64,000 nt of DNA, from the NCBI GenBank assembly GCA_025057015.1, contig JANWYG010000010.1:478506-542505 (forward strand), read 5' to 3'. Positions 28,728 through 39,675 of the stretch are shown here, piece after piece (within the stretch, counting starts at the first letter, position 1; each line of letters starts with the position of its first letter). Made by a program: the position numbers and the translations under genes. Under the pieces are notes generated by a model. The model did not search any database, was not told the DNA's origin, and saw only the letters and a program-made list of their open reading frames with translations. The DNA comes from Blastocatellia bacterium. GTDB taxonomy: Bacteria > Acidobacteriota > Blastocatellia > Chloracidobacteriales > JADJPF01.

Positions 28728-31700
28728 ATGGTGAGATTGGTGCTATTGATTGCTATGTGTGTTGGGACGGTGGTAGCGCAAACTTTCCGTGGGGCGATAG
28801 AGGGAGTAGTAACTGATCAAGCAGGTGGAGTGATAGCTGGAGCTACGGTTACTTCCAAGAATATGGCGACGGGAGTACAGCGCAATACAGTAACAGATGC
28901 CGATGGCAGCTTCGTTATTTCGGAGCTGCCCATAGGGGTTTACGAAATTACTGTAGAAAAAGAAGGTTTTCAGACGGCTACAGTTAAAGATCTGCGGGTA
29001 GAAGTTGCGGTGGAGCGTTTTGTTGAGGTGCAACTACAGCCAGGCGAAGTTAGCGAAGCGATTCTTGTTACGGGACGTGTGCCTTTGACTGATGTAACTA
29101 GTAATCAACTTGGTCAAGTGATACAAAACGAGACGATAGCGGCGTTGCCGGTAAATGGTCGTGATTATACAAAGATGCTTGTTATAGCGCCTGGAACAAC
29201 TGGGGATCCTAGTGGACTGGCAGACTCGCCGGGTTCTTTCGGATTGTTTAGTGCTAACGGCAACCGTGGCCGCTCGAACAACTACTTGCTCGACGGTACG
29301 GATATGAACGATGCGTATCGCAACCTACCGGCTATCAATCAGGGTGGTGTTTTTGGTACACCTTCAACGATCTTGCCGCTAGAAGCTGTGGCTGAGCTAG
29401 CGCTGATACTGAACTTCCCGCCGGAATTTGGGCGCAATTCTGGCGCTGTTGTGAACATAGTAACAAAGTCAGGCACGAACGAGTTACATGGTAGTGTCTT
29501 CGAGTATTTCCGGAATGATGCTCTAGATGCCCGTAACTATTTCAATACTAAGCCACAGCCTCAGACAGCTTTTCGCAATAACCAATTTGGATTTGCGCTT
29601 GGCGGGCCTATAGTCAAGAACAGAACGTTTTTTTTCTTCAACTATGAAGGGCAACGTGAACGCGTTGGCTTAAACAGCATAGCTCGTGTACCCAGTCCGC
29701 AGGAGATAGCGGCACTTGGTGGACCGCGCAATCCCATCATAGCTCGGATACTTGAGCGCAATCCTTGGCCTGCGCCTAACATACCAGTGCCTTTATTTGA
29801 TCCGAGCCCTAACCTGAGCGTGACTACTCCTGCTCTTAACGATATAGATACGTTTACAGTTAAGATCGATCATACTGTTACACCGAACGATCAGTTGACC
29901 GGTAGGTACTACTTTGCGAATAGCGATCAGAGTTTTCCGTTGGCACTGCTTGGAGGTAACGTGCTACCGGGCTTTAATACAGTGACGCCGACGCGGGTAC
30001 AGATAGCGTCTATTTCTTATCTCAAGATACTGTCTACAAACAAAGTCAACGAGTTACGCTTTGGTTATAATCGGTTTCGGCAAGCATTTTTTGCCGAGGA
30101 CTCCGATTTTGATCCTCGCAGTATAGGCTTGAATACTGGTGTATCTAATCCTAGGGACTTTGGGTTGCCATTTATTAGGATAAAAAATGATCCCGTCTTT
30201 GGTTCATCGTTGGCTTCACTGGGTGCGAACTTATCTGTACCTCGCGGGCGAATATCGACCAACTGGCAGCTGATAGACAACTTTTCGGTGAAGCTGCGTG
30301 CCCATGACATTAAGTTTGGGTACGAATTTCGCCGCACGTTTATCAACAGTTTCTTCAATGCTGGCTATCGGGGTAGGCTCGATTTTGATTCACTTGCCGA
30401 CTTCCTAGCCGGTCGCCTAGCTGGTGGACGTAGTGCTACGGGAGATTCTCAGCGAGGGACTTTCCAGAATTCTCACGGGTTCTTCTTTCAGGACAGTTGG
30501 AAGCTTCGTTCGAACCTGACGTTGAACTATGGTGTACGGTATGACTACTTTGGTGTCCTTGGCGAGGAGCAAGACAGGCTGAGCAATTTTGATCCGAAAG
30601 TCGGGCTAGTGGTAGTAGGTAGCCCAGGGCTTGAGAGGCTTTATGAACGGGACAAGAACAACTTTGCTCCTCGAGTAGGGCTCAGTTGGGATGTTTTTGG
30701 TAGTGGGAAGACCGTAGTGCGGGCTGCTTGGGGACTATTTTATGACACGTTCTCCCAGGATTTCTTTGTTGGGCAGCTACCGTTCAACACCTTTAATCCG
30801 GGCCCTGCATATAACCCTATAGGTAAGTCTCCAATTCTTTTCTCTTTCTCGACGGTAAGTAGATTGCAGCCTGGAGTGCCGGTCTTTACCGATTATCTAG
30901 ATTCGGACGTCTTTGCCGTACAGCGCGACTTACGTACTCCTTATGTTCAGAACTATAGCCTAGATATCCAGCAGCAGTTATTTAGGAACGTAGTGATGAC
31001 GGTGGGGTATGTAGGTACTCAAGGGCGAAAGCTCTATAGGTATCGTGACATCAATCAACCGTTTAATCCGGCTGTGTCTACAGCTCGGCCTTTTGACAAC
31101 GGCCCTTTTGCACCTTCTGGAGGGACTTTCTTCTACATCAATCATTTTGAGTCTTCTGCTGCGAGCAATTACAACTCTTTGCAGGCATTGCTGCGTGCGC
31201 GTGATGTGAAGGGGCTTACGCTGAATGTTGCCTACACTTACTCACATGCTATAGACAACGCAAGCGACGGTCAGGACTATGTTCCGAACGGGGCTCAGCC
31301 GGACAATTCCTACCGTCCCGATTTGGAGAAGGGTAATTCCGGTTTTGACAGTAGGCATCGTCTTGTGGTCAATTTTGACTACGCTGTTCCAACTTTGCTT
31401 AAGGATTGGCCGAAATTGACCGGAGGTTTCCATTTGACGGGGCTACTGGTCTTAAGAAGTGGCAATCCTTTTCATGTGGTCTTCTTTGACGACTATAATG
31501 GTGCTGGACAGTTTTTTGCTAGGCCTGAGTTGGTAGGAAATCCTTATGAGGGTACCCGACTACCGGACAGATTCTTAAATCTCTCGGCGTTTAAGGTACC
31601 GTGTACGCTTAATCCCAGAGGTAGCGGTAGTGCTGCTGATTGTATTCCAGGGACACAGACTTTTGGTAGTCTAGGTCGAAATTCTCTGCGCGGGCCTGGA

Positions 31701-31985
31701 TATAAGAACCTGGACTTTTCCATCTACAAGGTGACTCCGCTTACGGAGCGCTTAAGCCTAGAGTTACGCGCCGAGTTTTATAACATCTTCAACCATCCGA
31801 ACTTTGCTAACCCGTTGCTACCTGGTTTTTCTGCGGACGCTGGCTTCAATGGGGTAGATCCCGTGACTGGTCGTGGAATAGGATTTTTGCCCATTACGGT
31901 GACGCCGGATGTAGGTTTCGGAAATCCGTTCCTTGGAGGCGGAGGTTCTAGAAACATTCAGCTTGTTGCTCGTATAAGCTTTTGA
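28728..31985 (+). CDS. TonB-dependent receptor with N-terminal carboxypeptidase-regulatory-like domain
   Basis: 1085 aa with a signal peptide. CarboxypepD_reg is supported by GVVTDQAGGVIAGATVT...GVYEITVEKEGF. A plug (NGNRGRSNNYLLDG) and a long barrel ending in ...QLVARISF follow. Confidence 0.9.
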   Translation: MVRLVLLIAMCVGTVVAQTFRGAIEGVVTDQAGGVIAGATVTSKNMATGVQRNTVTDADGSFVISELPIGVYEITVEKEGFQTATVKDLRVEVAVERFVEVQLQPGEVSEAILVTGRVPLTDVTSNQLGQVIQNETIAALPVNGRDYTKMLVIAPGTTGDPSGLADSPGSFGLFSANGNRGRSNNYLLDGTDMNDAYRNLPAINQGGVFGTPSTILPLEAVAELALILNFPPEFGRNSGAVVNIVTKSGTNELHGSVFEYFRNDALDARNYFNTKPQPQTAFRNNQFGFALGGPIVKNRTFFFFNYEGQRERVGLNSIARVPSPQEIAALGGPRNPIIARILERNPWPAPNIPVPLFDPSPNLSVTTPALNDIDTFTVKIDHTVTPNDQLTGRYYFANSDQSFPLALLGGNVLPGFNTVTPTRVQIASISYLKILSTNKVNELRFGYNRFRQAFFAEDSDFDPRSIGLNTGVSNPRDFGLPFIRIKNDPVFGSSLASLGANLSVPRGRISTNWQLIDNFSVKLRAHDIKFGYEFRRTFINSFFNAGYRGRLDFDSLADFLAGRLAGGRSATGDSQRGTFQNSHGFFFQDSWKLRSNLTLNYGVRYDYFGVLGEEQDRLSNFDPKVGLVVVGSPGLERLYERDKNNFAPRVGLSWDVFGSGKTVVRAAWGLFYDTFSQDFFVGQLPFNTFNPGPAYNPIGKSPILFSFSTVSRLQPGVPVFTDYLDSDVFAVQRDLRTPYVQNYSLDIQQQLFRNVVMTVGYVGTQGRKLYRYRDINQPFNPAVSTARPFDNGPFAPSGGTFFYINHFESSAASNYNSLQALLRARDVKGLTLNVAYTYSHAIDNASDGQDYVPNGAQPDNSYRPDLEKGNSGFDSRHRLVVNFDYAVPTLLKDWPKLTGGFHLTGLLVLRSGNPFHVVFFDDYNGAGQFFARPELVGNPYEGTRLPDRFLNLSAFKVPCTLNPRGSGSAADCIPGTQTFGSLGRNSLRGPGYKNLDFSIYKVTPLTERLSLELRAEFYNIFNHPNFANPLLPGFSADAGFNGVDPVTGRGIGFLPITVTPDVGFGNPFLGGGGSRNIQLVARISF

Positions 31986-31992
31986 AGCTAGT

Positions 31993-32026
31993 AGGGGATA
32001 GGTTTTTTAGCTTATCCCCTTTTCTG
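31993..32026 (+). terminator. Rho-independent terminator
   Basis: AGGGGATA (31993-32000) pairs with TATCCCCT (32013-32020) and is followed by TTTTCT. It lies 8 nt after the receptor stop. Confidence 0.6.
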
Positions 32027-32041
32027 TAGATGGTAGCAGCA

Positions 32042-32449
32042 CTATTTGCTTACTTGTGCCAAGCGGGTACTTATCAGCTTGCTTACATGTTTACAGTTCT
32101 TGCTATTAGCTAGTATTTGTTTATACCGCTTTTCTAAGAAAGGCTGCTTGGAGCGCAGCTCGCCGGTTGGCATCATCGATACACAGTCAGCTTCTATTTC
32201 AGCTTCTGCGAGTAGTTGAACGGTGATTTGCTCTTTTAGCTTGCTTTTTGCTAGCAGCTTGTCGAGTGCTTCGATGTTTACAGTGGTTGGCTGTAGGAGC
32301 ACTCTAAGCATAGCGTCAAAGCATTCTTTGGAATATTGCTTGCGCAAGTAGGTGATATAGTATGCCAAGCTACTTGCGGCTATGAAGATTACCGATCCGA
32401 GTATGAGCTGCCAGGTATTAGTCATCGTTGTTTCCGCTATCAGAGTCAC
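32042..32449 (-). CDS. Hypothetical single-pass membrane protein
   Basis: 135 aa. It has one N-terminal hydrophobic helix (WQLILGSVIFIAASSLAYYITYL). I recognise no family. Confidence 0.4.
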   Translation of the reverse strand: MTLIAETTMTNTWQLILGSVIFIAASSLAYYITYLRKQYSKECFDAMLRVLLQPTTVNIEALDKLLAKSKLKEQITVQLLAEAEIEADCVSMMPTGELRSKQPFLEKRYKQILANSKNCKHVSKLISTRLAQVSK

Positions 32450-32518
32450 CCTTTATTTATTTAACAAGCAAGTAGACAACGGATAAAGTTATCAGCAAGT
32501 CTGTACTTTTTTCGGTTA

Positions 32519-33961
32519 TTGAAGAACTTATATTATACTACTTGCATGAAGCAATGTCCTAAATGTGGCCACCAATTTGATGTAGTGACCGCATTTTGCC
32601 CTCATGATGGAGAGAAACTTATCGTAATGGAAGGTGGAGATCCTATCATTGGCGAGCTTATAGATGGTAAGTACCTAGTAGAAGCCAGGGTTGCCCGCGG
32701 TGGTACGGCGACGGTTTACAGAGCAAAGCACGTACAGCTCGAGATACCGGTAGCGCTCAAGGTTATGCATCCACATCTGACCGTTGACAAGATAGCCGTA
32801 GAGCGTTTTAGACGTGAGGCTATGGCGGGCATGCAGATACGTCACCCGAATGCTATAGGTGTGCTTGACTTTGCTGTTACAGCTTCGGGAGTAGTTTACG
32901 TAGTTACGGAGTTTTTGTCTGGTGTCACGTTGAGAGATAGGATTTCTGAGGGTTATGAGTTTACTGTTGTTGAGGCGAACGAGATAATGCAGCAGGTATG
33001 CGCTGCTGTAGCTGTTGCGCACAAGCGGGGGATAATACATCGGGATCTCAAGCCGGATAATATATTTCTACATGAAGACAATTTTCAGCAGGTAGTCAAG
33101 GTACTTGACTTTGGCATAGCGAAGATACACGAGCAGCAAAGGACTGCAAAACTGACCAGGCAGGGTTTTGTGCTTGGTACGCCGCATTATATGTCGCCTG
33201 AGCAGTGTCATGGCAGGGAGGTAGATGCCAGATCTGATATCTACTCGTTGGGTGTTGTGCTGTATGAGCTGTTGACAGGCAGCGTTCCTTTTCAGGGAAA
33301 CTCGTATTCTGCGATAGTGGTCAAGAAGATGCGTGAGCAGCCCCGGCCAGTTTACGAACTACGTCCTGACATTCCGCCGTTGGTGAACGCTGTAGTGATG
33401 CATGCCTTGAGCAAGGATCCTAATGAACGTCCCGAAAGCGTTCAAATGTTTGCTAGGGAGCTTGAGATAGCTATCAGAGCAGTTACTGAAGAAGAGTTTT
33501 CTAGGGTGTTTCGTAGTGCAAGTGAGAGGGAACTGGAAGCGGCTATATTGCTTGCTGGAGAGCCTGGGCGCTTCAGTAGTGGCAGTACTGCTAAGGTTAC
33601 TGGTACTTTTCAATCTTTAAGTGAGGCTAACAGAGCAGTTGTCTCTGGGCTTCCGACGTCTTCTAGTACTGGAACCTTCGCTCTTGAGCGTAAGACAGAA
33701 ACGGTTGTTGCGCTGCGGGAGCAATTGCATAAGGACGCAGAGCGATATTTGGAATTGCTTCAGCTTACAGAAGATGCTCTACAACTGCTTCGGCAGGAGA
33801 TGTGCAGTTTGTCGAAAGAGATCAGAATGCTGCTTGATGTAGTAATAGGGGATCTAGAGGCTGGAAAGGCAATAGATGAAACGTTCTTTAGCGAGCTAAA
33901 GACACATATAGATTCGCTGCGAGCCGTGATGTACCACATGAATAGATTTAAGAGAGGCTAA
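32519..33961 (+). CDS. Ser/Thr protein kinase with N-terminal zinc-ribbon and C-terminal coiled coil
   Basis: The CPKCGHQF..CPHDG zinc ribbon is at the N-terminus. Hanks kinase motifs are GGTATVYRA, ALKV, HRDLKPDN, DFGIA and TPHYMSPE. The start is uncertain: TTG 32519 or ATG 32546. Confidence 0.9.
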   Translation: MKNLYYTTCMKQCPKCGHQFDVVTAFCPHDGEKLIVMEGGDPIIGELIDGKYLVEARVARGGTATVYRAKHVQLEIPVALKVMHPHLTVDKIAVERFRREAMAGMQIRHPNAIGVLDFAVTASGVVYVVTEFLSGVTLRDRISEGYEFTVVEANEIMQQVCAAVAVAHKRGIIHRDLKPDNIFLHEDNFQQVVKVLDFGIAKIHEQQRTAKLTRQGFVLGTPHYMSPEQCHGREVDARSDIYSLGVVLYELLTGSVPFQGNSYSAIVVKKMREQPRPVYELRPDIPPLVNAVVMHALSKDPNERPESVQMFARELEIAIRAVTEEEFSRVFRSASERELEAAILLAGEPGRFSSGSTAKVTGTFQSLSEANRAVVSGLPTSSSTGTFALERKTETVVALREQLHKDAERYLELLQLTEDALQLLRQEMCSLSKEIRMLLDVVIGDLEAGKAIDETFFSELKTHIDSLRAVMYHMNRFKRG

Positions 33962-34455
33962 AATTTTTCCGACTAATTCTTAATTGCGAGCTTCTCTCTG
34001 TCAGTCTGCTGATGGTTAGCTTGATGGGTTGTGCGGAGCAAAGGTGCTAGATTTTGCCTGTAGATAGGTGAAAGCTAGATTTTGTACTGGCTATGTCGCT
34101 GTAAACATTAGACTTGATAACAGTGTTGACGTTGCGGTAAAATCGACTAATCATAAGGCCGGGCAACAAGTGATGCTATGTATCTGCGGCCACTACGTCT
34201 TGTTATGCCTATAGATTCCGCAAATTCTGCCTTAACGCTTCTGGTGAATTAGTTAGGTAAGCTGTAGCACTGCAGGAGTAATTAGCTTGTTAAAGCTAGT
34301 GTGACTTTCTTTATGATATCTGTCGGCTAATGTTGTAGAATCTTCTTAGATAGAAGTTATATTTCTTGAAAGGAAGAGTTACAATTAAACTTATTTTCCT
34401 AAACTGAGTATATTATGTAAATGATAAGTAGGGGCGGCGGAGAAGAGGATAGGAG

Positions 34456-34845
34456 ATGTCGAAGAGAATACTTGTAGTAGATGATGAAGAAGGAGTCAGA
34501 AAGCTGTTTAGGCAGCTGTTTGTCGGACGTGGGTATGAAGTGGTGGAGGCAGAAAACGGCAAGGTTGCCGTGGAGATAGCAGCACTACAGTTACCTGACT
34601 TGGTAGTGATTGATTTAGTTATGCCTGTGATGAATGGCGTAGAAGCCACCAAACAGATACGCAAGATGCCGGGTGGAGAGAATGTACCGATAATAGCGGT
34701 GACGGCTTATAGTCTTTCTGAGCTAGTCATTCATCCTGAAGAGACAAGCCTTTGGGACGCTATCGTACTAAAGCCTGTAGAGCTTGATAAGCTCTGTAAA
34801 GTCTCGGAGGAGCTTTTCTCGGATCGTTTGATAAGATCTACCTAA
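34456..34845 (+). CDS. Single-domain (CheY-like) response regulator
   Basis: 129 aa. ILVVDDEE, LVVIDLVMPVMNG, AVTA and LKP provide the complete set of receiver residues. The RBS is strong (GGAGAAGAGGATAGGAG). Confidence 0.85.
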   Translation: MSKRILVVDDEEGVRKLFRQLFVGRGYEVVEAENGKVAVEIAALQLPDLVVIDLVMPVMNGVEATKQIRKMPGGENVPIIAVTAYSLSELVIHPEETSLWDAIVLKPVELDKLCKVSEELFSDRLIRST

Positions 34846-34877
34846 GACATCCTGGAGAGCTTAAGGCTACAGGGGAT

Positions 34878-35285
34878 TTAACGAGGAATTCTTGGGCGGA
34901 CGTGCTCTTGCAAGAAGCGGATGGTTTCTTCTGTAGACGTACCTGGCGTGAAGACTTCGGCTACACCTGCTGCTTTCAACTTGGGGATATCTTCATCTGG
35001 TATAATGCCTCCGCAGAAGATGAGCACGTCGTCTAATCCTTTTTCTCGGGCGAGGTTGACTATTTTGGGCAGCAGCGTCATATGTGCGCCGGAAAGTATT
35101 GACACTCCTATGGCATCTACGTCTTCTTGCAGAGCTGCATTGACTATTTGCTCTGGTGTTTGTCGCAGTCCTGTGTAAATAACTTCCATTCCTGCGTCTC
35201 GCAGGGCTCTTGCTATGACCTTTGCTCCTCGGTCATGGCCATCGAGGCCGGGCTTTGCTATCAGTATTCTTAGTTTTCTTTCCAT
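34878..35285 (-). CDS. Methylmalonyl-CoA mutase-type small subunit (cobalamin-binding domain)
   Basis: 135 aa. [33 protein letters not shown] contains the DxHxxG B12-binding motif. Confidence 0.9.
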   Translation of the reverse strand: MERKLRILIAKPGLDGHDRGAKVIARALRDAGMEVIYTGLRQTPEQIVNAALQEDVDAIGVSILSGAHMTLLPKIVNLAREKGLDDVLIFCGGIIPDEDIPKLKAAGVAEVFTPGTSTEETIRFLQEHVRPRIPR

Positions 35286-35286
35286 A

Positions 35287-35967
35287 CTACCTTTTTATCA
35301 TCCTGCTGATATCCATAGCCATGGTAATCTGATCGGCTACCTCGTATGCTTCAAAGGAGAAGAACAGCAGCGCTGAGGACATAATTTCCCTTACAGCTTG
35401 CTCTCCGAGTTTGTTGCCGAACTTGGCGTGTACTGCATGGCCGCCTTCGAAGAAGATAACTCCTTTTTCATTAGGGCGGGACATGGTAGATAGCTTGCCG
35501 CTCAGCGAGTGGCGGACGATCATCTCTATTAGCTGAGGTAGTGTAAGCTGTATCAATGGGTTAGAAGGAGTCGGCACGAGGCCTATCGTACCTTTCTTGT
35601 GTCTGCGCAAAACGCTGTTTACCCTTAGCAGCAGCTCTTGTACTGAGAAAGGTTTGCCCACGTAGTCATCGGCACCGACATCCATACCTGCAAGCCGTTC
35701 TTCGTCCTCTCGCTTACCACTCAGGAAGATGAAAGGGATGTTTTTGAAGGCTGGGTCTAGGCGTACCAGTTGGCAAACTTCTAGTCCTCCAATGCCAGGC
35801 ATCATAACGTCACTGATGATTAGGTCAAAGGCCCCGTGGTCCTTGAGCATTTTCATAGCCATAATGCCGCCGTTTGCTTCCATTACCTCGTGGCCGCCTA
35901 ATTCAAGTGCCAGTCGCCCGGCCATTCTTACTTCGTCTTCGTCATCGATGATCAAAATCCTTGCCAT
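35287..35967 (-). CDS. Response regulator: REC domain plus C-terminal DUF4388/PATAN-like domain
   Basis: The REC domain shows [27 protein letters not shown] and GKPF. The C-terminus [18 protein letters not shown]...[29 protein letters not shown]...FSFE fits the DUF4388 pattern. ATG 35967 follows a GGGAG RBS and avoids overlapping the mutase gene. Confidence 0.8.
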   Translation of the reverse strand: MARILIIDDEDEVRMAGRLALELGGHEVMEANGGIMAMKMLKDHGAFDLIISDVMMPGIGGLEVCQLVRLDPAFKNIPFIFLSGKREDEERLAGMDVGADDYVGKPFSVQELLLRVNSVLRRHKKGTIGLVPTPSNPLIQLTLPQLIEMIVRHSLSGKLSTMSRPNEKGVIFFEGGHAVHAKFGNKLGEQAVREIMSSALLFFSFEAYEVADQITMAMDISRMIKR

Positions 35968-35980
35968 TATTTTAACTCCC

Positions 35981-37648
35981 TTAGAACATAGGTTCTTCGT
36001 ATGTTCCAAAGACTTCTTTTAAGGTATCACAGATTTCGCCTAGTGTGGCGTATGCTTTCACACAGTCGAGGATAAGCGGCATGGTGTTTGCTGTACCTGC
36101 TGCACCTTGCTTGAGGGCATCAAGTGTTTGGTGAACTTTTTCGTTATTACGCTTTCTGCGCAACGCTGCTAGTCGCTCACGCTGTAACCGCTCTACGGAT
36201 TCATCTATCTGTAACAGGGGCACTTTTTGTTCTTCTTCGATGACGTATTCATTTACTCCTACCATTATTTTTTCCTTGCGTTCTAGCGCTTTTTGGAATT
36301 CGTAGGCAGCTTCTTGTATCTCTCGCTGTGGAAAGCCGGCTTCGATAGCGGCTATCATGCCGCCCATTGCGTCAATACGGTCGAAGTACTCAAAGGCTCC
36401 CTTCTCCATATCGTTGGTGAGCTTTTCTACAAAGTAGCTGCCTGCTAGCGGGTCTACGGTGTTAATGACGCCAGACTCGGCGGCTATTATCTGCTGTGTG
36501 CGTAGTGCTATAAGCACGGCATGCTCTGATGGTAGAGCGAGTGTTTCGTCTAGAGAGTTGGTGTGTAACGAGTTTGTTCCGCCGAGTATGGCAGCCAGTG
36601 CCTGTATAGCTACGCGCACGACGTTGTTGTAAGGTTGCTGGGCTGTAAGTGTACAGCCTGCTGTTTGGGCATGACAACGCAACATCCACGAGCGCTCGTT
36701 TTTAGCTCCGAAGCGTTCACGCATAACTTTTGCCCAGATTCTGCGGGCCGCTCTGAATTTGGCTATTTCCTCGAAAAAGTCATTATGCGAATTGAAAAAG
36801 AAGCTAAGTCGAGGAGCAAAGTCGTCTACCTCAAGGCCTGCATCCATTGCCGATTGCACATACTCTATGCCGTTGCGCAAGGTGAAGGCTAATTCTTGTA
36901 GCGCAGTAGAACCTGCTTCGCGTATGTGGTAGCCAGAGATGGAAATCGTGTTCCATCTTGGCACGTGCTTGCTACAGAAGGCAAAGATGTCGGTAATCAG
37001 TCTCATGCTAGGCCGCGGCGGGTATATCCATTCCTTCTGAGCGATGTATTCTTTGAGAATGTCGTTTTGGAGCGTGCCAGAGATCTTCTTCCAATCAGCA
37101 CCTTGTTTTTCTGCCACGGCCAAGTACATGGCAAAGATTACAGATGCCGGAGCGTTGATTGTCATCGAGGTAGTTACTTTTTCAAGCGGTATCCCCTCAA
37201 ATAGCTGCTCCATATCTTCTAAGCTAGAGATAGCAACACCGCACTTACCAACTTCACCTTCGCTAGTCGGATGATCTGAATCGAGACCCATGAGAGTTGG
37301 CAAATCAAACGCTACTGACAGGCCGTCCTGACCTTGGCTTAGCAAGTACTTAAAGCGCTTGTTAGTATCTTCTGCTGACCCAAAACCTGCAAACTGCCGC
37401 ATTGTCCACAGTTTGCCTCTATAGCCAGTAGCGTGTATACCTCGTGTGTAAGGATATTGACCGGGAAAGCCAAGATCCCGCTCATAATCGAAGTCGGGTA
37501 TGTCATTAGGTGTATAGAGCCGTTTAATAGGTGTCAGTGAAACAGTTGTAAACCTCTCATATCGCTCTGGCATGCGTTTGAGTGTAGGTTTGAGGACGTT
37601 TTCTTCCCACCGCTTTTCTGCTTCTTCAAGTTTATCTGTTACTTTCAT
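35981..37648 (-). CDS. Methylmalonyl-CoA mutase-type large subunit (catalytic TIM-barrel domain)
   Basis: 555 aa. [52 protein letters not shown] and HAQTAG..LTAQQP are acyl-CoA mutase motifs. Confidence 0.95.
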   Translation of the reverse strand: MKVTDKLEEAEKRWEENVLKPTLKRMPERYERFTTVSLTPIKRLYTPNDIPDFDYERDLGFPGQYPYTRGIHATGYRGKLWTMRQFAGFGSAEDTNKRFKYLLSQGQDGLSVAFDLPTLMGLDSDHPTSEGEVGKCGVAISSLEDMEQLFEGIPLEKVTTSMTINAPASVIFAMYLAVAEKQGADWKKISGTLQNDILKEYIAQKEWIYPPRPSMRLITDIFAFCSKHVPRWNTISISGYHIREAGSTALQELAFTLRNGIEYVQSAMDAGLEVDDFAPRLSFFFNSHNDFFEEIAKFRAARRIWAKVMRERFGAKNERSWMLRCHAQTAGCTLTAQQPYNNVVRVAIQALAAILGGTNSLHTNSLDETLALPSEHAVLIALRTQQIIAAESGVINTVDPLAGSYFVEKLTNDMEKGAFEYFDRIDAMGGMIAAIEAGFPQREIQEAAYEFQKALERKEKIMVGVNEYVIEEEQKVPLLQIDESVERLQRERLAALRRKRNNEKVHQTLDALKQGAAGTANTMPLILDCVKAYATLGEICDTLKEVFGTYEEPMF

Positions 37649-38172
37649 TTGCTCTCACCTAACTTACAGATAATTTTAGCTTACTAGCTTTCCCTTCAAA
37701 AGACCCATAATAGTTTACAAGCTGTTTTGTGTCAACATTCTACTACTATGTGTGAGGGAAGCAGAGGAAAATTGATCGGTTGATGTTTTAGTTGTTATGA
37801 TTCTCAGCTTGACTTGTGCAAAGCTCTGGATAGACAGTCGTTGTAGTTTTGCAGACATGTTTTATACTAACGCCTAATCGAGAATTCAGTCTAACGGTTT
37901 TTTAGACCTCTGTACTTGGTTGGATAAAGTAGATGGAGTAACAGGGTAGCGTTCCAAAGAAAAAAGCTAGTGGGTAGTATGAAGACCTCGAGGCCTTTTC
38001 GTTTCCGCCTAGCGCATTATCTTGGAAGATACTTAGAGTTTGGGAGACAGTTTTAGTACCTGTGTATGCATTTGCAGACTAAGAAGCAGGGGCTGAAGGA
38101 GTTTGGGTTAGCTGGTGGCGAGATTTTCGCGCAGCCACTTATGGTAGGGGATTTTCTCTATTTGGAGGAGCT

Positions 38173-39111
38173 ATGGCTGAGAGTATAGCTTTTTTTGAAG
38201 GTAGGTTTGTTCCGTTGTCTGAGGCTAAGGTAAGCGTGCAGATACATGCACTCAACTATGGAACGGCGATTTTTGAGGGGATAAGAGGTTATTATAATGA
38301 GCTAAACGGACAGATGTATCTGTTTCGCTTGCGGGATCACTACAGTCGTATGCTCGCTAATTGTAAGTTGATTAAGGTGGATCTTCCTTACGATGTTGAC
38401 GCGCTATGCGCTCTTACCGTTGAGCTTATTCGTCGCTGTGGTTTTAAGGAAAACATCTACGTCCGTCCGCTTGCTTATAAGAATGCTTGCCAGATAGGTA
38501 CGAAGTTAGTACCTGGGGCAGATATAACCATCTTTGCTGTTCCTATGGGGGATTATATTCCTACGGATCGAGCTCTGAAAGTGTGCATTTCCAGCTGGCG
38601 GCGAATAGAGGACAATTCTATTCCTGCACGTGGGAAAATCTGTGGTTCTTATGTCAATTCGGCTTTAGCAGCGACTGAAGCTAGAGATAATGGGTTTGAT
38701 GAAGCTATAGTGCTCAACAACGATGGGCATGTGGCTGAAGGAGCAGCCATGAATCTGTTTATGGTTAGAGCAGGGGAGTTGGTTACCACACCGATCACGG
38801 CTAACATTCTTGAAGGTATTACTCGGGATACTGTGATCAAGATAGCTCGACAGGAGTTTGGACTAAGTTGCCAGGCTCGTCAGATCGACCGGACAGAACT
38901 TTATCTTGCGGATGAGCTGTTTTTCTGTGGTACGGGGGCGCAGATAGCTGCTATAGGTTCGGTAGATCATAGAGTAATCGGTGATGGGCGGCCTGGGCCA
39001 ATTACGCTAAAACTTACCGAAGCTTATAGTAAAATTGTTAGAGGAATGGATAAGAAATACATTGAGTGGTGTACTCCTGTTTATGAAGTTGCTAGTGTTG
39101 AACAGGTCTAA
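38173..39111 (+). CDS. ilvE: Branched-chain amino acid aminotransferase (fold type IV)
   Basis: 312 aa. HALNYGTAIFEGIR.Y, YVRPL, GSYVNS and EGITRD are present. The RBS is GGAGGAG. Confidence 0.9.
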   Translation: MAESIAFFEGRFVPLSEAKVSVQIHALNYGTAIFEGIRGYYNELNGQMYLFRLRDHYSRMLANCKLIKVDLPYDVDALCALTVELIRRCGFKENIYVRPLAYKNACQIGTKLVPGADITIFAVPMGDYIPTDRALKVCISSWRRIEDNSIPARGKICGSYVNSALAATEARDNGFDEAIVLNNDGHVAEGAAMNLFMVRAGELVTTPITANILEGITRDTVIKIARQEFGLSCQARQIDRTELYLADELFFCGTGAQIAAIGSVDHRVIGDGRPGPITLKLTEAYSKIVRGMDKKYIEWCTPVYEVASVEQV

Positions 39112-39161
39112 GTTTTAGTTATCTTCGAAGAAGAGAGCAGGGTTTCTCCTGATTTTTTGCG

Positions 39162-39656
39162 ATGCCTTCGGGTAAGACTCACGATTTGGTAACATATTTG
39201 CTTATATGTCCGGCATATCTAGTTGCTATGGTGTTGGGCGCACAACCTCTGGAAGCTGGATTAGTGGCGTTAGGGGTTCTGATTGGTGGGTTGATGTTTG
39301 GTCCCGACTTGGATATCGATAGTCGACAGTACTATAGGTGGGGGATTTTTAGGTGGATATGGTGGCCGTACAAGGCTTTTTTGCCCCATAGATCACGTTT
39401 AAGTCACGGGATTGTCTTAGGAACTTTGGTAAGGATAGTCTACTTTTTAGCGGTCTTGTCGATAGTCAGTGGTTTGTTATATGGTGCTGCTGCAACGGTA
39501 GGTGTGCCAAAGCAGGTAGTTGATCGGTTTCTTACGCTGATGGCTAGTCTAGATTGGCGCGTTTGGTGCTTTATTGTTGTGGGGTTATGGATAGGCGCCG
39601 CGAGCCACTCGTTAGTCGATTTTTTACATTCTGCACTTAAAAAGTTTAAGATATAA
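39162..39656 (+). CDS. Integral membrane protein, DUF2227-like putative metal-binding protein
   Basis: 164 aa. The N-terminus MPSGKTHD is followed by about 4 hydrophobic helices and HRS.LSHG. The family assignment is from memory. Confidence 0.5.
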   Translation: MPSGKTHDLVTYLLICPAYLVAMVLGAQPLEAGLVALGVLIGGLMFGPDLDIDSRQYYRWGIFRWIWWPYKAFLPHRSRLSHGIVLGTLVRIVYFLAVLSIVSGLLYGAAATVGVPKQVVDRFLTLMASLDWRVWCFIVVGLWIGAASHSLVDFLHSALKKFKI

Positions 39657-39675
39657 CTTTTTGGAGAGCGGTTGA

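Noticed and set aside
33962-34455. An AT-rich 494-bp spacer upstream of the CheY-like gene, with a short direct repeat GCTAGATTTTG (34047-34057 and 34074-34084) and a TTGATA-N18-TAAAAT promoter-like match (34113-34142).
   Set aside because: The repeat is only 11 nt with two copies. The promoter match is a pattern hit far (over 300 nt) from the start codon. The evidence is insufficient to call a feature.
37649-38172. A possible leader-peptide attenuator or T-box upstream of ilvE in the 524-bp divergent spacer.
   Set aside because: The only small ORF I could trace (25 aa starting at about 37978) has no Ile/Leu/Val run. I saw no T-box specifier or antiterminator sequence and no convincing terminator hairpin. 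The region is most simply divergent promoters.
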